Shown: piece by piece, positions 19,336 to 27,992 of the stretch
Numbering within the stretch: the stretch's first letter is position 1
Layout: the number at the start of each line of letters is the position of its first letter
From: Candidatus Saccharimonadota bacterium
GTDB taxonomy: Archaea > Nanobdellota > Nanobdellia > Pacearchaeales > GW2011-AR1
Direction of reading: 5' to 3'
Assembly (NCBI GenBank): GCA_026002795.1
Contig: BPGA01000001.1
Location: 503,453-535,452, forward strand
DNA: 32,000 nt
The notes under the pieces: generated by a model
The model's input: only the letters and a program-made list of their open reading frames with translations
Databases searched by the model: none
Told to the model about the DNA's origin: nothing
Program-made: the position numbers and the translations under genes

Positions 19336-19355
19336 CTTTTTTAAACTTTAAACGA

Positions 19356-20342
19356 TTAAACAATTCCATTTTCTACAATCTCGTTCCAAGAGCGCTCTCC
19401 TATAGCAACCATTGCTTCTAACATTGTTAAAATTGGTTTAGGATATTTTGCAAAATCATCGAGAGCAATCCTAGGGCATGCCAATTCTACAAAAGCCTCT
19501 ACATTATAAAAATTCATTATCTTATCTGGGGTAACTTCTGACATTGTTATTACAACAGCTTTTTTTCCTGCAGCTCTTAGTTTTTCAAGAAGTTTTCTAG
19601 GATTTCCAAATTTTTGGCCAGGTTTAATCTCTATTATTATACCTATGTTTTTAGCTTCTCTAAACTTTTCTATTGAAAAAAGTCTTTGCTTAAGAATTTT
19701 TTCACGCAAACCAGCCATGCTTCTTACTTCATCATTATAAACATCTAAAAGAATAACTGGTTTTTTAACTGCAAGTGCAGCGCCCATCGCATGAAACTGG
19801 TTTCCAATTATCACAAAACAATCCACGCCTTCTTGAATTGCTTTCAATCCTCTATACTCACAACCAGTTATATGTCCTTCATAAGCATTTGTTCCAACTT
19901 TTTTTGAGAGAGTTACTTGTTTTCCATTTTTTTCATAAAAATCCTTTATCTTTTGTATGTCATGTCTGTGCTGAATTGAATAAGAAAGTCCAATTTTTTT
20001 ATAATTTTTAAGATGTGGAATGGATTTTTTTAGTATTGAACTTAAATCAAGTATATCTTTAACTTCAATATACAGAACAGGAAAGTCAACATCAATAAAT
20101 TTAGCATGGCCAAAATGTACAATTAAATCAACTCCTAAAGCCTGAGCTTCCTGAATAGCAACAGAGCAAGCGCCCCAACAACTTTCTCCTGAAAAAATAC
20201 ATTCTATACCTAAAGATTCTATCCACTCTGAAATTTCGTGGGCGTTTTGTTTTATGCCTTCTGCTAGCTGTACAAGCACTTTTTTAGGCTTTCTTTTTTT
20301 TAATTCTTTAATTAAAGTTTCTTTTTCAAAGTCAAGTGTCAT
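19356..20342 (-). CDS. dph2: 2-(3-amino-3-carboxypropyl)histidine synthase (diphthamide biosynthesis, Dph2)
   Basis: Archaeal Dph2-like three-domain layout, with conserved Cys in ESCWGACSVA, GHITGCEYRG and ELACPRIA. 328 aa. Confidence 0.9.
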   Translation of the reverse strand: MTLDFEKETLIKELKKRKPKKVLVQLAEGIKQNAHEISEWIESLGIECIFSGESCWGACSVAIQEAQALGVDLIVHFGHAKFIDVDFPVLYIEVKDILDLSSILKKSIPHLKNYKKIGLSYSIQHRHDIQKIKDFYEKNGKQVTLSKKVGTNAYEGHITGCEYRGLKAIQEGVDCFVIIGNQFHAMGAALAVKKPVILLDVYNDEVRSMAGLREKILKQRLFSIEKFREAKNIGIIIEIKPGQKFGNPRKLLEKLRAAGKKAVVITMSEVTPDKIMNFYNVEAFVELACPRIALDDFAKYPKPILTMLEAMVAIGERSWNEIVENGIV

Positions 20343-20382
20343 TTTAAAACTTAAAAAGAATTAGATTATAAGTATTTTGGTT

Positions 20383-20463
20383 TTAGCAGCAGATTCCTCT
20401 GCAATCTGAACAGTTTTCTTCTCCACAAATCATGCATCTTTCTTCTTCAATCTCTTTACTCAT
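20383..20463 (-). CDS. Candidate micro-ORF (26 aa, six Cys): MSKEIEEERCMICGEENCSDCRGICC
   Basis: Hand-translated and absent from the ORF track. It has CxxC-x4-CxxC-x3-CC, an SD-like GAGGT 9 nt upstream of the ATG, and local GC enrichment relative to the flanking spacer. It lies 40 nt upstream of dph2. Confidence 0.35.
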   Translation of the reverse strand: MSKEIEEERCMICGEENCSDCRGICC

Positions 20464-20509
20464 TTTTATAAAACCTCTTTAAATGCCTTTATTTCAATTT
20501 TTATAAAGA

Positions 20510-20920
20510 TTAACTCTTATTTAAAATTTTTTGTAGCTTCTCAATAAACTCTCTTAACTGAATTATATCTAAATTATTTTGTGCTGTTTCGTGTAAATAA
20601 TTTCCGTCATTTAGAGGAATTGCATTAAAACCAGTTATCATTTCATTACATCTAAAATATAAATAACCAGCAATATGATTTCTGCTAAACCAAACATCAA
20701 TAAAAGGTTCTATATGTGTTTTTTTGTAACAGCTTAATCTAACCCCAGAGTTCAAATAACCCCTAATTTTTACATCAACATTAAGATAAAAATCTTGGCC
20801 AATAGGAAAACTAATTCCACCAAGATTTCTTAATTCTCTTTGTGAGCTTAATTCGTAAAAATTTAAAAATTCTTCTAGATTTACTAGCCCTTCTCTTAAA
20901 ACAACTCTTGAAATGCTCAT
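20510..20920 (-). CDS. Hypothetical protein (136 aa)
   Basis: ORF between repeat copy C and dph2. No recognised motif. Confidence 0.5.
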   Translation of the reverse strand: MSISRVVLREGLVNLEEFLNFYELSSQRELRNLGGISFPIGQDFYLNVDVKIRGYLNSGVRLSCYKKTHIEPFIDVWFSRNHIAGYLYFRCNEMITGFNAIPLNDGNYLHETAQNNLDIIQLREFIEKLQKILNKS

Positions 20921-20941
20921 AGAAGAACATAGAAACTTCTC

Positions 20942-20984
20942 TTTTAAACCTTTTTATTAAAATTTAAGAAACTATTTTTAAACT
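20942..20984 (-). repeat. Conserved ~43-bp block immediately 3' of the repeat-gene stop codon (copy C)
   Basis: Matches 16105-16149. It may carry a terminator and/or the TATA of the next gene. Confidence 0.7.
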
Positions 20985-22092
20985 TTACAAATAACTTTCT
21001 AGTTCTTTTAATAATCTTTTTGACCTATTTCCCGCCTCTAACCTTATCTCTTCACTTAACCCCTCATCTTCAGCCATCTTTATAAGACAACTATAATTAC
21101 CTGTTTCAGCATACAAATCAATAGCTCTCCTTCCAGCTTCATCAACTTTTCTTCCAGCTTCTAACCTTAACTCTCTACTTAATCTCTCATCTCTAGCCAT
21201 CTTTTTAAGAACACTATAATTACCTGTTTCAGCATACAAATCAACAGCCTTTCTTCCAGCTTCTAACCTTAACTCTCTACTTAATCTCTCATCTTCAGCC
21301 ATCTCTCTAAGATCCATATAATAACCTTTTTTCACATAAAAATCAATAGCTCTCCTTCCAGCTTCTAACCTTAACTCTCTACTTAATCTCTCATCTCTAG
21401 CCATCTTTTTAAGAACACTATAATTACCTGTTTCAGCATACAAATCAACAGCCTTTCTTCCAGCTTCTAACCTTAACTCTCTACTTAACCTCTCATCTTC
21501 AGCCATCTCTCTAAGATCCATATAATAACCTTTTTTCACATAAAAATCAATAGCTCTCCTTCCAGCTTCATCAACTTTTCTTCCAGCTTCTAACCTTATC
21601 TCTTCACTTAATCTCTCATCTCTAGCCATCTTTTTAAGATCACTATAACTACCTGTTTCAGCATACAAATCAACAGCCTTTCTTCCAGCTTCTAACCTTA
21701 ACTCTCTACTTAACCTCTTATCTTCAGCCATATCTACAAGATCACTATAATTACCTGTTTTCAGCATACAAATCAATAGCCTTTCTTCCAGCTTCTAACC
21801 TTAACTCTCTACTTAACCTCTCATCTTCAGCCATCTTTATAAGAACCCAATAATAACCTTCTTTCACATAAAAATCAATAGCTCTCCTTCCAGCTTCATC
21901 AACTTTTCTTCCAGCTTCTAACCTTAACTCTCTACTTAACCCCTCATCTTCAGCCATCTTTACAAGACCACTATAACTACCTCTTTCAACACACCAATCA
22001 ATAGCCTTTCTTCCAGCCTTTAATCTTTTTGAAGGGTCTTCACTATGTTTTGCTAAAATTAAGAGTTCTTCAAGGTTTAGTTTTTTTGTCAT
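20985..22092 (-). pseudogene. Helical tandem-repeat protein, family copy C, interrupted by a +1-nt frameshift (would be 368 aa with 8 units if repaired)
   Basis: Track ORFs 20985..21776 and 21751..22113 overlap and carry the same repeats. The T run at 21758-21761 is 4 nt, where paralogous units read cctgtttcagc (3 T). Length 1108 nt = 3n+1. Confidence 0.75.
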
Positions 22093-22219
22093 GTTTTTTT
22101 CAAAGAAAAGCATATTTATAAATCTTTCGGTTTTATTATCACTCTACAGTTACTACTCTTAATCTTTATTTTGATTGTTATTTTGGTTGTTGTGTTTCGT
22201 GGTGTGTTTTTGTTTTTTG
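22093..22219 (-). promoter_or_regulatory. Conserved upstream cassette of the repeat family (copy C)
   Basis: Same block as copies A and B. BRE/TATA lies at 22113-22130. It has an A7 run, as does the 983-1016 copy. Confidence 0.75.
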
Positions 22220-22259
22220 TAAACTACTCTTAGAAGAATAAATCAACAACTTTTGTTCT

Positions 22260-22808
22260 TTAATTTGCTGCTTGTTTTTTTATTTCTGACACAATTCTTA
22301 CTTTACAAGGTATCTTTGATTTTACTCTTTCAAATACCTCTCTTGTTAATTTTAATGTTTTTTCATTTGGTAAAGCAGCCCAAAAAATTTTTGTTTCTGG
22401 ATTTAATATAGTTGCTCTTGCAGTTGGTTTACCAAAAGATAATTGCATTCCAGACTGCATTCTATCTGCTCCGGCCCCAGTCAGCATTTTATTTTCTCTT
22501 TGTATATGATGTGGAAAAGGAATTACCTTAAAAAGATATTTACCAGCTAAATTTTTATCAAGAATTTTGTGAATATACTGTCTACAAGCTTCTAAAGCAT
22601 TACTTCTTACTTGCGCTTTTTCTTCTGAAATCATAACTACTTCATAAGGTAGTTCTCCTTTATTATACATTTCAATAGAACCCATAACAAATTTAACAAC
22701 ATTGCTTTGCGGTACTGTCTTTATATAAGATTTTTCTTTCTTTTTGCTTACCCTAGTGTAAGGCACGACTTTCTTTTTAGAGTATGATGCTGCTTTTCTT
22801 AATGCCAT
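22260..22808 (-). CDS. rpl10e: 50S ribosomal protein L10e (uL16)
   Basis: MALRKAASYS...PYTR...FVMG...VRSNALEACRQ...GAGADRM..GMQLSFGKP is typical of archaeal L10e. Confidence 0.93.
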   Translation of the reverse strand: MALRKAASYSKKKVVPYTRVSKKKEKSYIKTVPQSNVVKFVMGSIEMYNKGELPYEVVMISEEKAQVRSNALEACRQYIHKILDKNLAGKYLFKVIPFPHHIQRENKMLTGAGADRMQSGMQLSFGKPTARATILNPETKIFWAALPNEKTLKLTREVFERVKSKIPCKVRIVSEIKKQAAN

Positions 22809-22810
22809 TT

Positions 22811-23113
22811 TTATCTTTTTCTAGAAATATAAACACTAATTTCACTTCTAGAATCTTCATACATTTTAATTAATTCAACTAAACTACAAGATTCTAAGTT
22901 ATATTCATAAACTCTTTCTGTCAATATTATATTTTTTTTGTTGCTTCTATTGCTTGCAGAAACAACGGTCTTTCTCTCAATTAAAACATCATAATTTGAG
23001 CCATCTAAATATCTTTCTATAACTTGATAAGGTATAACCTCCTCTAAATCAAGTGTTTTAAGATCTTTAACTAGATAAACTTTCTGTATCCTCATTGTTC
23101 TTTTATTTTTCAT
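22811..23113 (-). CDS. Hypothetical protein (100 aa), 2 nt upstream of rpl10e
   Basis: ORF only. Co-oriented and tightly packed with the ribosomal protein genes. Confidence 0.5.
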   Translation of the reverse strand: MKNKRTMRIQKVYLVKDLKTLDLEEVIPYQVIERYLDGSNYDVLIERKTVVSASNRSNKKNIILTERVYEYNLESCSLVELIKMYEDSRSEISVYISRKR

Positions 23114-23147
23114 TTTAAAATATAGTTTATTTGATAATCTGTTGACA

Positions 23148-23405
23148 TTAACCTTTTAATAATCTTTTTATTAGACTTTCGTCATTGTAATGATGTAAAA
23201 CTAAAAGATCACCGTTTTCTACAGCTCTTACTATATAAAATTTTTCATCAACCTTTATAATAGCATTTAAAATAATTCCTTTTCTTAAAAAAGAAGAGTT
23301 TTCATCTTCTACATCACTACTAAGTAAAACACTACCTAAATATTTTAAACTCCTTCCAATTTCTTTTGGTTTGTATCTTTTACCAACCTTTAATTCAAGA
23401 CCCAT
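23148..23405 (-). CDS. Hypothetical protein (85 aa)
   Basis: ORF only. It lies between rpl35ae and the 100-aa ORF. Confidence 0.5.
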   Translation of the reverse strand: MGLELKVGKRYKPKEIGRSLKYLGSVLLSSDVEDENSSFLRKGIILNAIIKVDEKFYIVRAVENGDLLVLHHYNDESLIKRLLKG

Positions 23406-23434
23406 TTTTAATTTTTTTGATTAATTTAGTTTTT

Positions 23435-23689
23435 TTACTTTATTTCTACTTCTGTTGTAATTGCTTGTCCAGGCAAACCTTTTTCAAAAATTGCACGAAC
23501 AAGACCTTTATTTCCATGAGGAGATGAAATTTTACCTTTAATAATTTTTCCTGAAGGCGATTTCCATTCCACAATTTTTCCTAAAAATTTTTTTGCTTCA
23601 TTTCTATCTTTAGCTCCTACATCTATTAAAAAATGCCTTTTGTGTATTGTATGTCTTCCTCTTCTAAATTGCATAATTTTTCCTTTCAT
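23435..23689 (-). CDS. rpl35ae: 50S ribosomal protein L35Ae (eL33)
   Basis: GKIVEWKSPSGKIIKGKISSPHGNKGLVRAIFEKGLPGQA matches the L35Ae signature region. Confidence 0.9.
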   Translation of the reverse strand: MKGKIMQFRRGRHTIHKRHFLIDVGAKDRNEAKKFLGKIVEWKSPSGKIIKGKISSPHGNKGLVRAIFEKGLPGQAITTEVEIK

Positions 23690-23741
23690 AATAAATTTAT
23701 TGATTAAATGATTTTAAAAATTTTTATTTTTGTCTGAATAT

Positions 23742-25580
23742 TCAAAAAACAATTTCAAAATCTCCGAGCTCTTTCCTTAAAATATCAAAAATTTTAGGAT
23801 TTATTGTTGTTTCTTTGGACTTTTCTTTTTCCAGGGCTTCATTTAATTCTTCAGTATTTGAATCTTCTAACCTGTCAGTTATCCTTTTGATTTTTCCGTT
23901 TAAAATTAAGAAAGAAACATTTTTAAAGTTTAAAAGTTCTGCAAAAAATTCTTTTCCTTCTTTTTTATATCTAATATTTAATTTTCTTTTTTCTATGTTT
24001 GCTAAATCTATTCTTTGAGAGTATTCTGTTAGTGCATTTAATAAAATAGAGCTATTTTTTCTTATATCTTCTATTCTACTTTCTTTTATCTTTTTTTCAT
24101 CAATTGATTTTTTTGCTTCTATAATTTCATTTAAAATTTTTAAGTGTTGTTTTGTGAATTTTCCTTTTTTTACCAACTCTTCTTCAAAAAAAGACAAAAC
24201 CTCTTTTTTAGATTTTTTTCCAGATATTGATTCAAGAATAGAAAAAATTTCTTCATAAATTTGATTAATTGTTTTTTCTTCTGCTCTTTTTTCAATTTGT
24301 TCTTTCAGTTCTTTTAATCTTTTTAAATAATCATCTACCTCTTCAATTATCACATCAAAATCTTTTCCTTTAATCTCTTTTAGTTTTTCATGTTCAAAAT
24401 CTTTGTAAATTCTAACAACTTTCTCTAGAATATCAATATATTTTTTTTCAAGCATTTTTTCTTTTTCAACAAAAATTTTTCTAGTTTCAGAAACTACTTG
24501 TTTAGGCGTAGGAGGAGGCAATCCATACAACATTAATAAAGCTTGCGTTGGAGTTATTACACCCCAATAAATATCATGAACCATTACATCAACTAAAGCA
24601 TCTTTTGCTCTTTTGATAGTTTTATCACCCATAGACATAAACATTTCAATAGCCTCTTTACTTGGTTTTAAACGTCCCATTTTAAGTAAAGCTTTCCAAG
24701 GCAAGAAAGTCCCCCTGTCATAAAGTGGTACACCATCTCTAATAAAAGTGAACATAACAGGATGAGCATCCTTGACAGATTCCCAAAAGTCAGTTAATAA
24801 ATAAACTTGTACATTAAGTATGTTTTTTTTCAGTCCAGCAAGAGCAACTGCTTCTGCAATATACTGGTTTATCATTGCTCTTAATCTTTCTTTTAGTTCA
24901 ATGCGTGGCATTCTTTTTACATCTGTATCATTTATGATTACAAAAGAATCAACATCAGATTCTTTAGTTACATCACCCCTTACAAGGCTTCCAGCAATAA
25001 CATAAGAAACAACATACTTATCAAACTTATTAAGAACAAGCTCTTTATGTATTTGAGCAACCCTTAATGCAGAAAGAATTCCTTTATCATATAAAGGATA
25101 GCTAGTTCCTATAACACCAACGAGGTCGAATTTACTATCAAGACAAGCCTCCCATATATCTACAGGAGATTTTATATAAACCCAAACATTAAGTTTTAAT
25201 TTATCAATTTCAGCAATAATTTCTTTTTTTATTTTTAAAGAATTCTTAAAATTTTCTTCTGGAATTATAATGTAAAGATGAATTTTTTTTAGAAGAGTTT
25301 CAAGTTGTTCTTGACCTATGTTCTCTCCTAATTCTTCTTCTATTAACAATTTAATTCCTTGTGGGTGGATTACACCGATTGCTTGAGTGAAAGGAAACTT
25401 TTTTAAAATAAATGCTTTAATCTTCTCTAAATCTTTTTTTGTTTTTTCAAAAGATTTTTTTATTTCAGAAACCTCTGGAAGTGTTGGTTTTTTTTCAGAA
25501 TACTTATTTAAATCCATTTCTGGAAGCTGAATTTCTTCTTTTGGATTGTCGTTTTTGGAATCTTCTTTATTTTTTTTCAT
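23742..25580 (-). CDS. Large nucleotidyltransferase-HEPN-like protein (612 aa): a degenerate N-terminal NTase-like module, then an intact NTase, a HEPN-like domain and a coiled-coil tail
   Basis: Intact motif AGSLVRGDVTKESDVDSFVIINDTD. An upstream module has similar layout but lacks GS/DxD (IGVIHPQG...HLYIIIPEE). Rx6H pattern present (RIYKDFEH). Colinear similarity to 14438..15271, e.g. LTDFWESVKDAHPVMFTFIRDGVPLYD against LSSWWEDILRGDPVVINILRYGEALID. Confidence 0.7.
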   Translation of the reverse strand: MKKNKEDSKNDNPKEEIQLPEMDLNKYSEKKPTLPEVSEIKKSFEKTKKDLEKIKAFILKKFPFTQAIGVIHPQGIKLLIEEELGENIGQEQLETLLKKIHLYIIIPEENFKNSLKIKKEIIAEIDKLKLNVWVYIKSPVDIWEACLDSKFDLVGVIGTSYPLYDKGILSALRVAQIHKELVLNKFDKYVVSYVIAGSLVRGDVTKESDVDSFVIINDTDVKRMPRIELKERLRAMINQYIAEAVALAGLKKNILNVQVYLLTDFWESVKDAHPVMFTFIRDGVPLYDRGTFLPWKALLKMGRLKPSKEAIEMFMSMGDKTIKRAKDALVDVMVHDIYWGVITPTQALLMLYGLPPPTPKQVVSETRKIFVEKEKMLEKKYIDILEKVVRIYKDFEHEKLKEIKGKDFDVIIEEVDDYLKRLKELKEQIEKRAEEKTINQIYEEIFSILESISGKKSKKEVLSFFEEELVKKGKFTKQHLKILNEIIEAKKSIDEKKIKESRIEDIRKNSSILLNALTEYSQRIDLANIEKRKLNIRYKKEGKEFFAELLNFKNVSFLILNGKIKRITDRLEDSNTEELNEALEKEKSKETTINPKIFDILRKELGDFEIVF

Positions 25581-25627
25581 AATAAATGCTATTTTCTTTG
25601 TATTATAAATCTTTTTAATTTCAAAAA

Positions 25628-25698
25628 TGCGCGAGCCGGGACTCGAACCCGGGCCACCAGATTGGCAATCTGGAATTCTACCACTAAACTACTCGCGC
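25628..25698 (-). tRNA. tRNA-Gly (anticodon GCC)
   Basis: Reverse complement folds as acceptor GCGCGAG/CTCGCGC, anticodon arm CCAGA-TTGCCAA-TCTGG and T arm CCGGG-TTCGAGT-CCCGG. No encoded CCA. Confidence 0.9.
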
Positions 25699-25743
25699 TT
25701 TTTAAGAAATAAAATGTAGATCTTTTTAAAATTTTAGAAAAAA

Positions 25744-25814
25744 TGGCCCTGGGAGGAATCGAACCTCCGCCCCATCGGCGTAAACGATGTGTTCTGCCAT
25801 TAGACTACAGGGCC
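25744..25814 (-). tRNA. tRNA-Val (anticodon UAC)
   Basis: Reverse complement folds as acceptor GGCCCTG/CAGGGCC, anticodon arm CATCG-TTTACGC-CGATG and T arm GGAGG-TTCGATT-CCTCC. Confidence 0.9.
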
Positions 25815-25866
25815 TTCTTTAATCCTTCTTTAATTTTTCTTTCTACTTTTTAAAGAATTTGAACTT

Positions 25867-26390
25867 TTAAGCTTTTTTCTGATCAATCTTTTTTCTCATT
25901 TCAATTAAAATAGGCGGAAGCTCTCCATTTTTAACTTTAGATATTCTCATTCTATCATGAAATGGAACATAAGGACTTTTTTGATAACATTTTAACCATT
26001 CTTTTAACATTTCTCTATTTTGATCAAAACACTCTTTTTTTAATTGCCTTCCAACATCCAAAGCTGCAACATATCTTTTAATGCTATAACTAGCTAAAGT
26101 AGGTAAGTTTAAAATAATGTTAATTGCTTCTTCATAGTCTAAACCAACTAATTTACCTATCCTTTTTATCTTTCTCACAACTCTTTCATGATCCAATCCA
26201 GCAAATTGCGGAAAACTTGATATAGCTTTTTTAATATCTTGAAAAGTGAATCTGTAAATTTCATAAATTCTAGAAAAAAGATTTACTAGTTTTTCTTTAT
26301 TTTTTACTTTATTACAAAAATACTCGTTGCTTAAAAGTTTTTGAGCCTCTTCTTGTTCAACCCAAATTCAACAAGATCTTCTAAAAGCAT
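25867..26390 (-). pseudogene. Helical protein gene with a probable frameshift near its 5' end (hypothetical)
   Basis: The downstream frame is open from 26367 to 25867, but its only start is the track's TTG at 26196. A consensus BRE/TATA (26409-26425) sits about 25 nt upstream of an ATG at 26388-26390, whose frame stops after 19 codons (stop at 26331-26333). Confidence 0.4.
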
Positions 26391-26534
26391 GTTTTTTTAA
26401 AGGGGATCTTATTTATAAATCTTTCTTCTAATTTTCTATTAAAAAGTAATAACACTAATCCAAATTCTAAATTTTAAACCTCTTATCGATTGGCAAACTT
26501 AAGAACTAATAATTTTTATAAATAACAATAAAAA

Positions 26535-26616
26535 CGCCCACGCCAGGAATCGAACCTGGAAGCCTCAGAGAGGCCGGGAGCTCCAATCCCGTGCAATACC
26601 ATTATGCGACGTGGGC
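26535..26616 (-). tRNA. tRNA-Ser (anticodon GGA), with long variable arm
   Basis: Reverse complement folds as acceptor GCCCACG/CGTGGGC, anticodon arm CGGGA-TTGGAGC-TCCCG, variable arm GCCTCTCTGAGGCT and T arm CCAGG-TTCGATT-CCTGG. Confidence 0.9.
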
Positions 26617-26786
26617 CTAATTAAAAAAGAAAAAGATAAATATTTAAAATTAATCCCTAAATCAGATTAACTAAATCAACTTAACTTGATTTTATTAAGA
26701 TATTAGTTTTTAACTTCGAACACGAATAAAGATTTACTTCAAAAACCACATTTATAGATTGTTTAAATTACTTATTTAAATTTTTA

Positions 26787-27041
26787 TTATTTCTGCGACT
26801 TAACATAACCAAAAGCTTTAACAAAATACCATTTTCCTTTTCTATTTATAATTAAATCTGAAATATAAAAAGCACCACTCTTTTTTATATAATCCAAAAA
26901 CCTTTCTTCTGCTTCTTCTCTCGTTGTTCCAACACCTGTAAGCCTTATTTGGTTATAGCCACCAACTACTGGCTTATCTTCAACAATTCTCAATTCAGAA
27001 AGCCTTTCTTCAAGTGTTTTTCTTTTTTTTCTAAAAAACAT
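26787..27041 (-). CDS. Hypothetical protein (84 aa)
   Basis: ORF with a TATA-like box (TTTTTATAAATATC) about 22 nt upstream. Confidence 0.5.
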   Translation of the reverse strand: MFFRKKRKTLEERLSELRIVEDKPVVGGYNQIRLTGVGTTREEAEERFLDYIKKSGAFYISDLIINRKGKWYFVKAFGYVKSQK

Positions 27042-27131
27042 CTTTTAATTTAAAAATTGATATTTATAAAAATTTTTATATTTAATTATTATTGTTTATA
27101 TTATTATTTACTAGAAATACCTCTTAAAAAA

Positions 27132-27932
27132 TTAAACAGAAATTGGAGCTTTAATTGCTGGATGAGGATCATAACCCTCTAAAATAAAATCTTTATATGT
27201 GCATGTGAAAGCAATTTCATCTAAAGACTTGTTTGGAATCTTTAATGTAGGAAGTTTTTTTGGTTTTCTTTTTAGTTGAATATTAACTTGTTCTAAATGG
27301 TTTTTATAGATGTGAAGATCTCCAAAGCTATGTATAAGTTTTCTAGCTGTTCTACCTGTTTCTTGAGCAACAATTTTTGTAAGAAGAGCATATGAGGCAA
27401 TATTAAAAGGAACACCTAAAAACGCATCAGCAGATCTTTGGTAAAGATGGCAATCTAAAAAATTTTCGTCGCAATAAAACTGAAATAAAACATGGCAAGG
27501 CGGAAGAGCCATTTTTTCAAGATCAGAAACATTCCATGCACTTACAACCAATCTTCTTGAATCTGGATTTTTTTTAATTTCTTCAATAACATTTTTAATT
27601 TGATCAATTTTTTTACCATCATAACTAGGCCAGCTTCTCCATTGATATCCATATATTGGTCCAAGATTCCCGTTTTCATCAGCCCACTCATCCCAAATCG
27701 TAACGCCTCTTTCTTGTAATGATTTAATGTTTGTTTCTCCTCTTAAAAACCACAAAAGTTCTTCAACAATGGATTTAAAATGCATTTTTTTTGTTGTTAG
27801 TAAAGGAAAGCCATTTCTTAGATCATAACTTGTTTGATAACCAAAAACAGAAATTGTTCCTGTTCCTGTTCTATCTTTTCTTTCTTTTCCGTTCTTTAAG
27901 ATGTACCTAAGAAGATTAAGATACTCTTTCAT
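27132..27932 (-). CDS. thyA: Thymidylate synthase (ThyA, folate-dependent)
   Basis: [26 protein letters not shown], catalytic LPPCH and DLHIY. Confidence 0.95.
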   Translation of the reverse strand: MKEYLNLLRYILKNGKERKDRTGTGTISVFGYQTSYDLRNGFPLLTTKKMHFKSIVEELLWFLRGETNIKSLQERGVTIWDEWADENGNLGPIYGYQWRSWPSYDGKKIDQIKNVIEEIKKNPDSRRLVVSAWNVSDLEKMALPPCHVLFQFYCDENFLDCHLYQRSADAFLGVPFNIASYALLTKIVAQETGRTARKLIHSFGDLHIYKNHLEQVNIQLKRKPKKLPTLKIPNKSLDEIAFTCTYKDFILEGYDPHPAIKAPISV

Positions 27933-27992
27933 AAATAAAAATAAACAAGCTTATTTAATAAAAATTATTATTTTAAAAAACCATAAATAAAA

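Noticed and set aside
20383-20463. The GC-richer patch upstream of dph2 as a terminator hairpin or small RNA rather than a micro-ORF
   Set aside because: Only a weak 5-bp stem (cagat/atctg) is apparent, and archaeal terminators are usually T-runs. The ORF with an SD-like GAGGT is the better fit. I did not fully exclude the alternative, hence the low confidence on the CDS call.
25867-26367. Naming the helical protein between the tRNAs as mTERF-like
   Set aside because: The ...FPQFAGLD...LPTLASYS... pattern is reminiscent of mTERF repeats, but the resemblance is weak and the family is not expected in archaea. I left the gene as hypothetical.
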